DNA from: an uncultured Candidatus Saccharibacteria bacterium
Lineage (GTDB): Bacteria > Patescibacteriota > Saccharimonadia > Saccharimonadales > JACDBH01
Length of the DNA stretch: 64,000 nucleotides
Reading direction: 5' to 3'
NCBI GenBank assembly: GCA_965231105.1
Contig: OZ246417.1
Coordinates: forward strand, 36,094 to 100,093
Positions 11,901 through 18,399 of this stretch are shown here, in pieces. The position numbers and the translations under genes are program-made. Position 1 is the first letter of the stretch. Each line of letters starts with the position of its first letter. The notes under the pieces were generated by a model. It worked only from the letters and a program-made list of their open reading frames with translations, was not told where the DNA came from and ran no database searches.

Positions 11901-14900
11901 ACCACACAGATACAGATCGCCGGTGGCGGTACCTTCACATTTGAGGATAGTAGCGGCAATGATCTCATTACTATTGCTGATGCCGGCACCACCGGTAACG
12001 TAGGCATTACCGGCACTCTTACGGTTGCTAACATCACACCGAGTGCTAACTTGACTGTTGGTACCTCCGACACCACTGGTACCTTGCTCGTCCTTGACAC
12101 CAAGACTGGCTCCGGCGACCCAACTGGTGTAAATGGTGGTATGTACTACAATAGCAACAGCAACAAGTTCCGTTGTTACGAGAACAGTACCTGGAAAGAT
12201 TGTATTGGTGCAGGCGGTGGTGGTTCCGGCGATATAACAAACGGTGGTAATACTACTGGCGCAGCGATCACAATAGGTACCAATGACGCTTACGCACTTA
12301 ACCTTGAAACGGGCGGCACAACAGTAGCCACCTTCAGCAGTACAGGTCAGGCAGCCTTCCAGAATTCTACTGATTCAATTACTGCGTTCCAGGTCTTAAA
12401 CGCCAATGATGACGTATTGCTTAACATAGACACTGATAACGGCAGGTTTGGCTGGAATGTACCAAGCTGGGCATTGCCACAAGGCACGGCCTTCCATGTC
12501 TATTCGGCCACAAGCAGCGACAGCCACCGTGCTATCATGTTTGAAACGAATACCGTAGCAAGCTTGGCAACTGGGCAGGTTGGTACGACTTTCTGGGCAA
12601 ATGCTGATTCCAGCAGCAACATGGATTACAACGGCTACTACAGCACCAATATCCACACCAACCTCAATAAGAATGCCAACAGCACGAATGCTTCAATTAT
12701 AGCCCTCAGTTTAAGTAACTGGTTCGATGGCACCGGCACCGTAAGTGAATATAGGGGTATCGAAATAGGTGTAAGCAATGCCGATGGCGGTACTATAGGC
12801 AACTTCTACGGTATTGATGTTGTAACCTCAAGCCTAGATGCCGGCACCTTGACGAACAACTATGGCATCCGTATCCAGAACCAGACAGTAGGTACAAACG
12901 ACTACGGCTTATATATCGGTGGTGCAGACACCTACGCACTATGGGTAGACGCTGGTGTCTCACGCTTTGACGGCCAGGTTATCATCGGTGAATCTGACAC
13001 CACCGGTGTATTGCTAGTTCTCGACACCAAGACCAGCTCCGGCGACCCAACTGGTACCAACGGTGCCATGTACTACAACAGCAACAGCAACAAGTTCCGC
13101 TGTTACGAAAACGGCAGCTGGACAGACTGTATCGGTACGGGCGGCTCATCGCACTTTACCGATGCTGGTGCCTACACCTATCTGACCAGCACCACCGACG
13201 AAGTGTTGATCGGTACCAGCACCCAGAACTCAGGGGTCAAGCTGACTGTTAGCGCCAGTGGCTCGGACCCGCTCTATGTAAACGAAACCAGCGGTACAGT
13301 TGCTACGTTCCGCAACTCCAGTGGTACGGGCAGCGGCGGCATCAGTATTCAGGGTAGTAGCAGCGGCGCTGCCTTTATCGACTTCGGTGATGGCGAAAGT
13401 GCTTCAGCCGGGTTCTTGGGCTATGATAATACTGTCGAAGGCCTCTTCTTTGGCAATGGTAACGTTGGGGTTTCTTGGAGAATTGATGTTGACGGTCACT
13501 TGGTGCCTGACGATGACGACACCTACAACATCGGTTCAAGCAGCAAGCGCGTACAAGACCTATACTTAGGACCTGCATCACTACACATTGGTACCAATGG
13601 TGACGAAGGGGTATTGAGCTATGACACAACAGGGAATGGCTTCAAGTTCAATCAAAGCGTATCCGTTGTAGCAAGCGGTTATTTGAACTTCGGCGACAAC
13701 ATCGGTGCGTCTGGCTACGGTATCCGTGACAATGGCGGTATTATCCAGGTTAAAGACTTTGGTGGTAACTGGATTAACATTACTGATGGTCTTGGCGGCG
13801 GTGGTGGTGTGGGCGGTGGTGGTGTGGATGACAACGGTGTTATTCCTAATCTTGAAGGCTACACCACGAACAGCCCTGGTTCAGCTACTGAATTCTTTGA
13901 TCTCACCGTTCCTGCTGACACTGAGGATGGCGACCTTCTTCTCGCAATAATCACTTCTCGTGACTGTTGTTCGAGTGTGGGTACGCATGAGACACCAGTA
14001 GGCTGGAGACAAGAAAATTCCACCGTTACACATAATGGTGGCTTCGGTGATCATATGAGGACAACCGTATATAGCAGAATCGCGAGCGGTAATACTCCAG
14101 GCTCAACAATCTCATTCGACTACGACGATAACAACGACTGGACCGTGAATGCTCGAGGTGCCATGCTTCGCATCTCTGGCGCAAGTGCAGTTACTCCTGT
14201 AGATGCGATAGCAGTAAACACCAACCTATCGGATGAAGACTTGATAGTGCCTGCTCTGACTACCATGAGGGACAACACCCTTGGTATTGCGTTCATGGGA
14301 GCATGGGACGATCCTATCAATGGCGTGACTGTTCCTAACTGGGACAATGTAACCCACTACGATAATAATTATCTAAAGATTATGGAGCGTGATCTGCCAG
14401 ATGATCAGACATATACCGAATCGGACAGTGGGGATGATTATGCATGGACCCAGATGACCATAGCACTAGCTATTCGTCCTGTTGAAACAGGTGGTTTCTA
14501 CGCCGGTGAAGCTATATTCCAAGATGACTTCAACGACAACTCAGTGAATGCTACTAAGTGGGACCAAACTACGGCTTCAAGTGGTACTATTAGCGAAACA
14601 GGCCAACAGATGGTACTCGGTTTGCCGACTAATGGTAGTGGCTCGGCAAGCTTACAATCTGATGCTGGCTATGATATTCGTGATCGTTGGGCAGGGGTAG
14701 AGTTAGTAAGTGCTAACCATCCTGAATACCAAAGCTATAGTGGCCTCTTCCTTAATGAGAATGGTGGTGATGATTACCTTGCGATATTTATTAGTGAGAA
14801 TAATCTTATGGGTCTATTCGATTATGGTGGTGGCGCAACAACTGTATTTAGTACTGGTTACAACTCAAGCGTTCATAAGTTCCTCAGAATTCGTGAATCT

Positions 14901-17612
14901 AGCGGCTTAACCTATTGGGAAACTTCAACCGACGGAGATACCTGGACCACGCATTATGCTCAAAGTATTGAAACGGATTTAAGCGATATGAAAGTTGAGC
15001 TTGAAGCGGCGAAGTACGGTACCTCTGGTGCTACTAGTAACTTTATCTATGACAATCTGTATGTTGGTACTTCAGACCAGACCTACACCTTTAACCCAAG
15101 CAACGACCTTGTATTGGATGGTGGTAACACCTTAGGCGCTAACCTTACCGTTGGTACCTTGGACAACTTCAACTTCAGCTTGCTTACCGGTGGCCATCAG
15201 GCTGTAACCCTTAACTACGCTGATGGTTCGGCTCTGTTCCACAATGCCAGCGATTCAACCACTGCCTTCCAGGTACAGAATGCAGCTGGTACGAGCCTCT
15301 TTACTATCGATAGTGCAAACTCACGCGTGTACATTGGCAATCCAAGTGCAGATGCAGTGGGTACGCTCCTAGTTGTCGACACAAAGAATACTTCTGGTGA
15401 TCCAACAGGTGTTAACGGAGCCATCTACTACAACAGCAATATGAGTAAGTTCCGCTGTTACGAAGGCGGCCAGTGGCGTGACTGTATCGGTGGCGATACA
15501 TATCGCACCTCTCCAGGAGACAAACCACCTGCAAGCCCACATGCAAAGGATGATGAATTTAACGATGCCAGCTTCGATACGGGTAAGTGGACCTGGAGAA
15601 ATCAGGATGCTGCAACGGTAGGTGAAACCAATCAGGGCTTACTGGAGCTTACCTCAGACACTAACGCAGATCTGAACATTATCGAGCAGGATGCACCATC
15701 TGCGCCGTACACCATAACTGCAAAAGTGAGTGGTTTTAACGGGGATAATGGTAACGCTGGTATTGCCCTAGTGAACTCAAGCAACGGCAGAGTGGTGACC
15801 CTTAACTATTCCTACTTTGACGCGGGAGCAGACCCTAATGTAGCCGTTGATCAGTGGACTACGACTGATACCTATAGCGCTACCACATCAGATAAAGAAG
15901 ACCATATCTTCGCACGTTATATTCGTATAGAAGATGATGGCACTGATCTGATTATGTATCTTTCAAACGATGGCATCGTATGGGCTGAACTCAGTCGCCA
16001 GACTCGGGCAAGCTTCTTGGGTACGCCAACCAAGATAGGAATTGTGGTTACAGGGGATGGTGACATTACAAAGGCCAGTGTTGATTGGTTCCGTGTTAAC
16101 TGGGATCCGGACTACGTAGTAGGCGGTGGCAGCAGTACGAGTTCAGTTGTAACTGGCATCGGTACTATTGATTCTCAGACTAAGAGCAGTAACGGTGCAG
16201 TCATTAACAACAATAGTTTGATAATGCAAAGTGCAGACGCTCTTAACCCTGGACTTGTAACGACCGGTACACAGACATTCGCAGGTGCTAAGACCTTCAG
16301 TGGCACATTAACGGTAGCTAACATTACTCCGAGTGGAAACTTAACGATCGGTACCTCAGATACGACAGGCACTCTTCTTATCCTTGATACGAAGACAGAC
16401 TCAGGTGACCCAAGTGGTACGAACGGTGGTATGTACTATAACTCTAATAGTAATAAGTTCCGCTGTTACCAAAACGGTTCATGGGTAGATTGTATTGGTG
16501 CGGGTAGCTCACTCTTTACTGATGGTGGTGCCGTATCGTACCTCACTTCAACCACGGATGACTTTGTACTTGGTGGTACAAGCAGCACAAACTCTGCCTT
16601 CTTCGTGGATGTTTCTACCGGTATGACCGTTCTCGGTAATGCTTCATTGGCCGGTGTCTTGGGATTGGCCGACGGTTTTGGTAACGGTGGTGTGATCGGC
16701 CTTACTAGCGGTGGTGTTGGTGATGGCCATCTCTACTTCCAGGCTGATGGTACTAACAACGTTGTGGCTCAGTTTGGTACGGCTTCGAACGCAGTCTTTG
16801 AGGTATCGACGCCTGGTGGCCAAAGCTTGTTCTGGAATGATCTGCGGGTTAACGGCACGCTTGCTCTTACCGGTAGCACTGATCTTGTTACCGAATCAAA
16901 CCAACACCTTACTATTGCGCCAAACGGTACCGGTGATGTCTATCTTGGTGCAGCTGACAGCGTTGGTACTATGTTAGTACTTGACTCTAAGAGTTCAAGC
17001 GGTGAAGGTGCGGGCATTACTGGCGCTACCAACGGTGCTATGTACTACAACTCTACTGATAACAAGTTCCGCTGTTACGAAGGTGGTGCCTGGAAGAACT
17101 GTCTTGGTGTGAACAGTGTTCGTGAAACCTTGTCTCCTGAATTCCCGGGTGCAACCCTTACTGCTGATGGATCAAACAACACCGGTACCATGACTTCAGA
17201 CTTCTGTTCTGGATCTTCATGGCTTAACATCCCAAGCTCAAGCAACCCATGTGCTGCAACTGAGAACCACAACTACTACTCATGGACTTCAGCTTCTGGT
17301 ACCAACGACTACGACATCTTCATCCGTTACCAAGTCCCAAGCGACTTCAATACCTTCACCAGTCTTAACGCCTACGGTTGGCGAACCACCAGCTCAAGCA
17401 GCGCACAGATCCGTTGGTACAAGGGTGCAACTGCATGTAACTCTTCGCTCACCAACGTTTCAACGAGCAACACAACCTGGACAGAAACATCTGTTCCAAA
17501 CAACTCATGTACACTTGCTGCCAACGATGTCTTGACCATCCGCATCAGCCTTTCAGCTGCTGCGAGCGAATTTGCTCGCATCGGTGAGATCCGCTTCGAC
17601 TACACCCGCTAA
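5913..17612 (+). CDS. Giant secreted mosaic fibre/adhesin-like protein (3899 aa)
   Basis: This is a single uninterrupted 11.7-kb ORF with a signal peptide (KFFGILCAILLLLTAVATKIAPQTASA/AP). Modules, by nt coordinate:
- 6024-6395: tail-fibre-type N-terminal domain (NFQGRLLDDNGNLVPDG..ALWTE..VVNGYFSVSLG..PRIRLTGVPLAF)
- 8250-8351 and 10560-10661: fibre motif ITFTGRVNS..P...TY..GS...RW
- 8586-9490: Kelch-like propeller
- 10860-11350: jelly roll ending AWGAQLVIDSS
- 13485-16310: cassette paralogous to the upstream gene
- 17105-17609: Cys-containing C-terminal domain
Seven double-Cys junction motifs are also present. Confidence 0.9.
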   Translation: MVKSAKHHLYKFFGILCAILLLLTAVATKIAPQTASAAPNSVLNFQGRLLDDNGNLVPDGFYNIEFKIYDVSTSGSALWTETYYDSNGATAGNDNRLRVVNGYFSVSLGSITAFSNINWDQQLWLTMNIGGSTQTASPTYDGEMSPRIRLTGVPLAFVANNVNSGSTNAASTNSNNVSIQSGNAAGTTSNSGNINIDAGTATGTTGTINLGASNASALVLGRAGLNVSVPGTLSVGVASSSTGTLTFRNAGGSGGIVLTTASPGTSTYTITLPAATGTVCLTSGNCAGVGGTGDILQNGNSFTAAMTIGTNDNYDVNIESNGNTRLTVQADGDVAFDADTLFVDANNNRVSIGTTTTTNAVLTIDENAPNTVNGSIVYVTGQLTSNTNSQTGLTVIADANPSAAGDAENYSGANIGVVSTSDDFSTDDQLSGLGASASYSGTGTLDRALGVGALVGNMDAGTIDSATALVGGVVNVTGTINVAAGLGIDVVNVAGTINTAVGISIDEVVEGTNNINLFIGDPDSYPTGDWAIYNASTADNYFAGNLAIGTNVATNKLTIEGSAGSSSSIRGSITNTNADGYAEFQAVNDDGSYTGFATYGSNFAEAALQNAGQIYTREKFIFSANVDDETGGPGEILFTTGGWDIDANTRLLIDSVGNIVVGVADTTGALLVLDTKTGSGDPSGTNGAMYYNSNSGKFRCYENSAWKDCDTTGAGGVTTVGTIDTQTPSANGAVISGSSIYLQSASATEPGLVNTTTQSFAGTKTFTGDVNIGDATSDTITFTGRVNSHILPSVNDTYDLGSDSNRWRDLYLGGETIHLGTSTSDEAAISYTTSTDSLTIKNATNSTTAFQVQNSSNGNLFNIDSTNAGAITLLGNYSGEISGWTANTNVFGGTIMARKSAAATIANGHIYVMGGIDSSSGWHNDIVYAKINADGSVGTWASITGPDYMIESQLVYANGYLYAIGGGNSGSPSSDVWFAKVNADGTLGTWTATTSLWAARYDHAAVAYGGYIYVFAGLASGGSASQSVRSAKINADGTLASSWTSLNNLPYSSGTDGWSATVANGYVYLAGDMSGNHKLIRAKLNSDGTVGSWSSSDSAPTNGIHNAGLVAMNGYLYFVGGGNGSDVPQSAVKYAALNADGSIGSWTTSSNPLTNARSNAVTVALNGYIYVIGGNQSAFGAPQDTVYYASTARVKVGGSLDLVSMSGENLHEGNTGGSITAGNGNFVGTLQVQGAASFNQGVSVNGILSATVLAVNAPSGFTGNIADFRVDGAQKLRIDQDGTILFGASVDCNGGCIRNGELNSFGNLLIEASSGNIDFTALDVKFSTVTSVQIGTSDTTGTLLVLDTKTGSGDPTGTNGGMYYNSNSGKFRCYENGSWKDCISSASGLSATLTDNIADAWDVQEGTNNYININTTNSSEAISFGNATTNPDFNFLGSGNLTVDGGTLFVDGANDQVGIGATSLVSNMHLQVGDGTGNVNVLLHAGASSTSTLYLDDSGSNRLEFDNSTDTIILTANGGIATIDYTGLAVNRDFTVQGNTTLGNASSDTITFTGRVNSNFLPSASSTYSIGSTSQRWGNAYFDNVISLGTSSSDESTFTYNSVADSLTIKNATNSIAAFQIQNASSVNLFNVDSINSRIEVNADLEVQKNISSPYGGIGKIGNYIRGSEELSDTGFWTRTNLTSVTDGATAPDGVADADTIVSSGSGTHTLTQSNSLTSNADYTFSIWVKTNSGTQPIQLRIDGTSSTPTTGTAASYTATTTWQRFVVTQAFTGTPATIIPTLIITNNSATIVAWGAQLVIDSSAGVYTPAIQGDAQFSNGGVINGRLNVYGSIFFGDGDGNGTSSVNDSGFSAITGNGFYLWSPNGNVTLEGGSSNSVIFRNMTTDITTHTNETLTIAPNGTGDVAISIDDDTNLQLSGTITNTGSAQDITLTLGNDSNADTVSALNIAVTSANTGDADILRGINIADLSSPQSVTEYALQIGSGWDANLFFNDTTTQIQIAGGGTFTFEDSSGNDLITIADAGTTGNVGITGTLTVANITPSANLTVGTSDTTGTLLVLDTKTGSGDPTGVNGGMYYNSNSNKFRCYENSTWKDCIGAGGGGSGDITNGGNTTGAAITIGTNDAYALNLETGGTTVATFSSTGQAAFQNSTDSITAFQVLNANDDVLLNIDTDNGRFGWNVPSWALPQGTAFHVYSATSSDSHRAIMFETNTVASLATGQVGTTFWANADSSSNMDYNGYYSTNIHTNLNKNANSTNASIIALSLSNWFDGTGTVSEYRGIEIGVSNADGGTIGNFYGIDVVTSSLDAGTLTNNYGIRIQNQTVGTNDYGLYIGGADTYALWVDAGVSRFDGQVIIGESDTTGVLLVLDTKTSSGDPTGTNGAMYYNSNSNKFRCYENGSWTDCIGTGGSSHFTDAGAYTYLTSTTDEVLIGTSTQNSGVKLTVSASGSDPLYVNETSGTVATFRNSSGTGSGGISIQGSSSGAAFIDFGDGESASAGFLGYDNTVEGLFFGNGNVGVSWRIDVDGHLVPDDDDTYNIGSSSKRVQDLYLGPASLHIGTNGDEGVLSYDTTGNGFKFNQSVSVVASGYLNFGDNIGASGYGIRDNGGIIQVKDFGGNWINITDGLGGGGGVGGGGVDDNGVIPNLEGYTTNSPGSATEFFDLTVPADTEDGDLLLAIITSRDCCSSVGTHETPVGWRQENSTVTHNGGFGDHMRTTVYSRIASGNTPGSTISFDYDDNNDWTVNARGAMLRISGASAVTPVDAIAVNTNLSDEDLIVPALTTMRDNTLGIAFMGAWDDPINGVTVPNWDNVTHYDNNYLKIMERDLPDDQTYTESDSGDDYAWTQMTIALAIRPVETGGFYAGEAIFQDDFNDNSVNATKWDQTTASSGTISETGQQMVLGLPTNGSGSASLQSDAGYDIRDRWAGVELVSANHPEYQSYSGLFLNENGGDDYLAIFISENNLMGLFDYGGGATTVFSTGYNSSVHKFLRIRESSGLTYWETSTDGDTWTTHYAQSIETDLSDMKVELEAAKYGTSGATSNFIYDNLYVGTSDQTYTFNPSNDLVLDGGNTLGANLTVGTLDNFNFSLLTGGHQAVTLNYADGSALFHNASDSTTAFQVQNAAGTSLFTIDSANSRVYIGNPSADAVGTLLVVDTKNTSGDPTGVNGAIYYNSNMSKFRCYEGGQWRDCIGGDTYRTSPGDKPPASPHAKDDEFNDASFDTGKWTWRNQDAATVGETNQGLLELTSDTNADLNIIEQDAPSAPYTITAKVSGFNGDNGNAGIALVNSSNGRVVTLNYSYFDAGADPNVAVDQWTTTDTYSATTSDKEDHIFARYIRIEDDGTDLIMYLSNDGIVWAELSRQTRASFLGTPTKIGIVVTGDGDITKASVDWFRVNWDPDYVVGGGSSTSSVVTGIGTIDSQTKSSNGAVINNNSLIMQSADALNPGLVTTGTQTFAGAKTFSGTLTVANITPSGNLTIGTSDTTGTLLILDTKTDSGDPSGTNGGMYYNSNSNKFRCYQNGSWVDCIGAGSSLFTDGGAVSYLTSTTDDFVLGGTSSTNSAFFVDVSTGMTVLGNASLAGVLGLADGFGNGGVIGLTSGGVGDGHLYFQADGTNNVVAQFGTASNAVFEVSTPGGQSLFWNDLRVNGTLALTGSTDLVTESNQHLTIAPNGTGDVYLGAADSVGTMLVLDSKSSSGEGAGITGATNGAMYYNSTDNKFRCYEGGAWKNCLGVNSVRETLSPEFPGATLTADGSNNTGTMTSDFCSGSSWLNIPSSSNPCAATENHNYYSWTSASGTNDYDIFIRYQVPSDFNTFTSLNAYGWRTTSSSSAQIRWYKGATACNSSLTNVSTSNTTWTETSVPNNSCTLAANDVLTIRISLSAAASEFARIGEIRFDYTR
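6024..6395 (+). other. Tail-fibre-type N-terminal domain of the 3899-aa protein
   Basis: The pattern is NFQGRL.D..GN.V.DG.Y...F.IYD....G.ALW.E......V..G.F.V.LG......I.W......L...I........EM.PR.RLT.VP.A. I recognise it from N-termini of proteins annotated as tail-fibre-domain proteins. This is recollection, not a search result. Confidence 0.5.
7920..8039 (+). repeat. Double-Cys junction motif, copy 1
   Basis: LLVLDTKTGSGDPSGTNGAMYYNSNSGKFRCYENSAWKDC (second Cys codon at 8037-8039). Confidence 0.9.
8586..9490 (+). repeat. Six Kelch-like beta-propeller blades
   Basis: The roughly 50-aa units recur with NG[HY][IL]Y[VAF].GG and the loop signature K[IVL]N[AS]DG[ST][VLI]G[TS]W. Examples are ANGHIYVMGG..KINADGSVGTWAS, ANGYLYAIGG..KVNADGTLGTWTA, YGGYIYVFAG..KINADGTLASSWTS, ANGYVYLAG..KLNSDGTVGSWSS, MNGYLYFVGG..ALNADGSIGSWTT and LNGYIYVIGG. 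Confidence 0.75.
9939..10058 (+). repeat. Double-Cys junction motif, copy 2
   Basis: LLVLDTKTGSGDPTGTNGGMYYNSNSGKFRCYENGSWKDC (tgt at 10056-10058). Confidence 0.9.
10860..11350 (+). other. Jelly-roll/CBM-like domain ending in a WGAQL motif
   Basis: The sequence is GSEELSDTGFWTRTNLTSVTDGATAPDGVADADTIV..DYTFSIWVKTNSGTQPIQLRI..TTWQRFVVT..IVAWGAQLVIDSSAGVYTP. The pattern (W..........APDG...A......Y..S..VK......W.R.......WGAQL) resembles carbohydrate-binding jelly rolls seen in phage and fibre proteins. This is recollection only. Confidence 0.45.
12084..12203 (+). repeat. Double-Cys junction motif, copy 3
   Basis: LLVLDTKTGSGDPTGVNGGMYYNSNSNKFRCYENSTWKDC (tgt at 12201-12203). Confidence 0.9.
13011..13130 (+). 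repeat. Double-Cys junction motif, copy 4
   Basis: LLVLDTKTSSGDPTGTNGAMYYNSNSNKFRCYENGSWTDC (tgt at 13128-13130). Confidence 0.9.
13485..16310 (+). repeat. Paralogous cassette, copy B (about 2.8 kb)
   Basis: Collinear with 1545-4390. It contains DLYLGPASLHIG, SGYGIRDNGGIIQVKDFGGNW and a GGGGGVGGGG linker. The unassigned domain is at 13836-14493 (PNLEGYTT..TEDGDLLLAIITS..MLRISGAS). ConA-like domain 1 is at 14496-15080, the double-Cys motif at 15366-15485 and ConA-like domain 2 at 15544-16105. The cassette ends with SADALNPGLVTTGTQTFAGAKTF. Confidence 0.85.
15366..15485 (+). repeat. Double-Cys junction motif, copy 5 (inside cassette B)
   Basis: LLVVDTKNTSGDPTGVNGAIYYNSNMSKFRCYEGGQWRDC (tgt at 15483-15485). 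This copy is orthologous in position to the copy at 3425-3544. Confidence 0.9.
16374..16493 (+). repeat. Double-Cys junction motif, copy 6
   Basis: LLILDTKTDSGDPSGTNGGMYYNSNSNKFRCYQNGSWVDC (tgt at 16491-16493). Confidence 0.9.
16971..17102 (+). repeat. Double-Cys junction motif, copy 7 (variant with a 4-aa insertion)
   Basis: MLVLDSKSSSGEGAGITGATNGAMYYNSTDNKFRCYEGGAWKNC (tgt at 17100-17102). Confidence 0.85.
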
Positions 17613-17673
17613 TAGTTAATAAAGATTTAATATCTTTTCTATATACTCCAAGCATAAAAGGGAGGGCGAAGGT

Positions 17674-18345
17674 ATGAAGTATATTAAGCGCATAACAGCG
17701 GTATTATTCGGCATGGGCATATTACTATTGCCGGCAACAGCTCAAGCAGTGTCTTTTGATCAGGGAGGGAATTCGTTTGGAACGGATGCAACATTAGGAA
17801 CTAATGACGCATATTCATTAATATTTGAGACGGATGGGACTGAAAGACTAAGGGTAGATGAAGCAGGTAATATCGGCATAAATACAGATAGCCCGGCAGC
17901 GCTTGTCCATATAAAGGACGGAGAATTTTTATTTGAGAGTTCATACGATTTTATGTTGAAAGCGCCTAATGGTGAATCGGGTCCAGGCAATATCAGATAC
18001 CTGGACCATAATGGTAATCCAGTGATGGTGATGGAATACGGTATGGGCACATATCCTGGATTTATTGCTGCCCTCGATACTGGAGATGGAATATATATAA
18101 GTGATACTAATGGCAATGTTGCTATTGGTCGAGCGACCAGCAACCCTGTACCCGAAGGCGACTTACAAGTAACTAGTGATAATGCTAATTCAACCCTGTA
18201 TGTAGGTGCATCTGAGAATTCAAATATGGGTCAAATGCCCGGATGTTTTGTGCTGGGTGACAGTGATGGAGTAGGGGTTACATATATAACCGCAGACGAT
18301 GGGGTGCTATCCGCTACCGATACAAAACCTGGTATTTGTGATTAA
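17674..18345 (+). CDS. Small secreted protein carrying a stand-alone fibre module (223 aa)
   Basis: The SD gggaggg lies 7 nt upstream. The signal peptide is AVLFGMGILLLPATAQA/VS. The sequence GGNSFGTDATLGTNDAYSLIFETDGTERLRVDEAGNIGINT matches the motif found in the giant protein at about 6790-6920 (QNGNSFTAAMTIGTNDNYDVNIESNGNTRLTV) and about 12230-12360 (NGGNTTGAAITIGTNDAYALNLETGGTTVATF). The C-terminus carries a Cys pair (PGCFVLGD...KPGICD). Confidence 0.75.
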   Translation: MKYIKRITAVLFGMGILLLPATAQAVSFDQGGNSFGTDATLGTNDAYSLIFETDGTERLRVDEAGNIGINTDSPAALVHIKDGEFLFESSYDFMLKAPNGESGPGNIRYLDHNGNPVMVMEYGMGTYPGFIAALDTGDGIYISDTNGNVAIGRATSNPVPEGDLQVTSDNANSTLYVGASENSNMGQMPGCFVLGDSDGVGVTYITADDGVLSATDTKPGICD

Positions 18346-18399
18346 GATAGCCTCAAGCGGATTGACTGATACATGCCTATCAATCATTATTAATAGAGC

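Noticed and set aside
6449-12103. Many antisense or alternative-frame ORFs of 60-200 aa inside the giant genes. Examples are 6449-6850 (-), 9602-9997 (-), 11151-11585 (-), 11492-12103 (-) and 918-1469 (+).
   Set aside because: They lie entirely within the long, motif-rich sense ORFs. Their translations are low-complexity (Pro/Val/Ser/Thr-rich mirrors of Gly/Thr/Asn codons). They have no starts with SD or -10 context. They are typical shadow ORFs of repetitive GC-balanced coding sequence.
7920-17102. Regularly recurring nucleotide repeats of about 120 nt, which could be mistaken for a CRISPR-like or tandem array.
   Set aside because: Spacing is irregular (about 0.6-2.4 kb). All copies are in frame within one ORF, and they encode a conserved peptide. 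They are protein-domain repeats, not a CRISPR array or a satellite.
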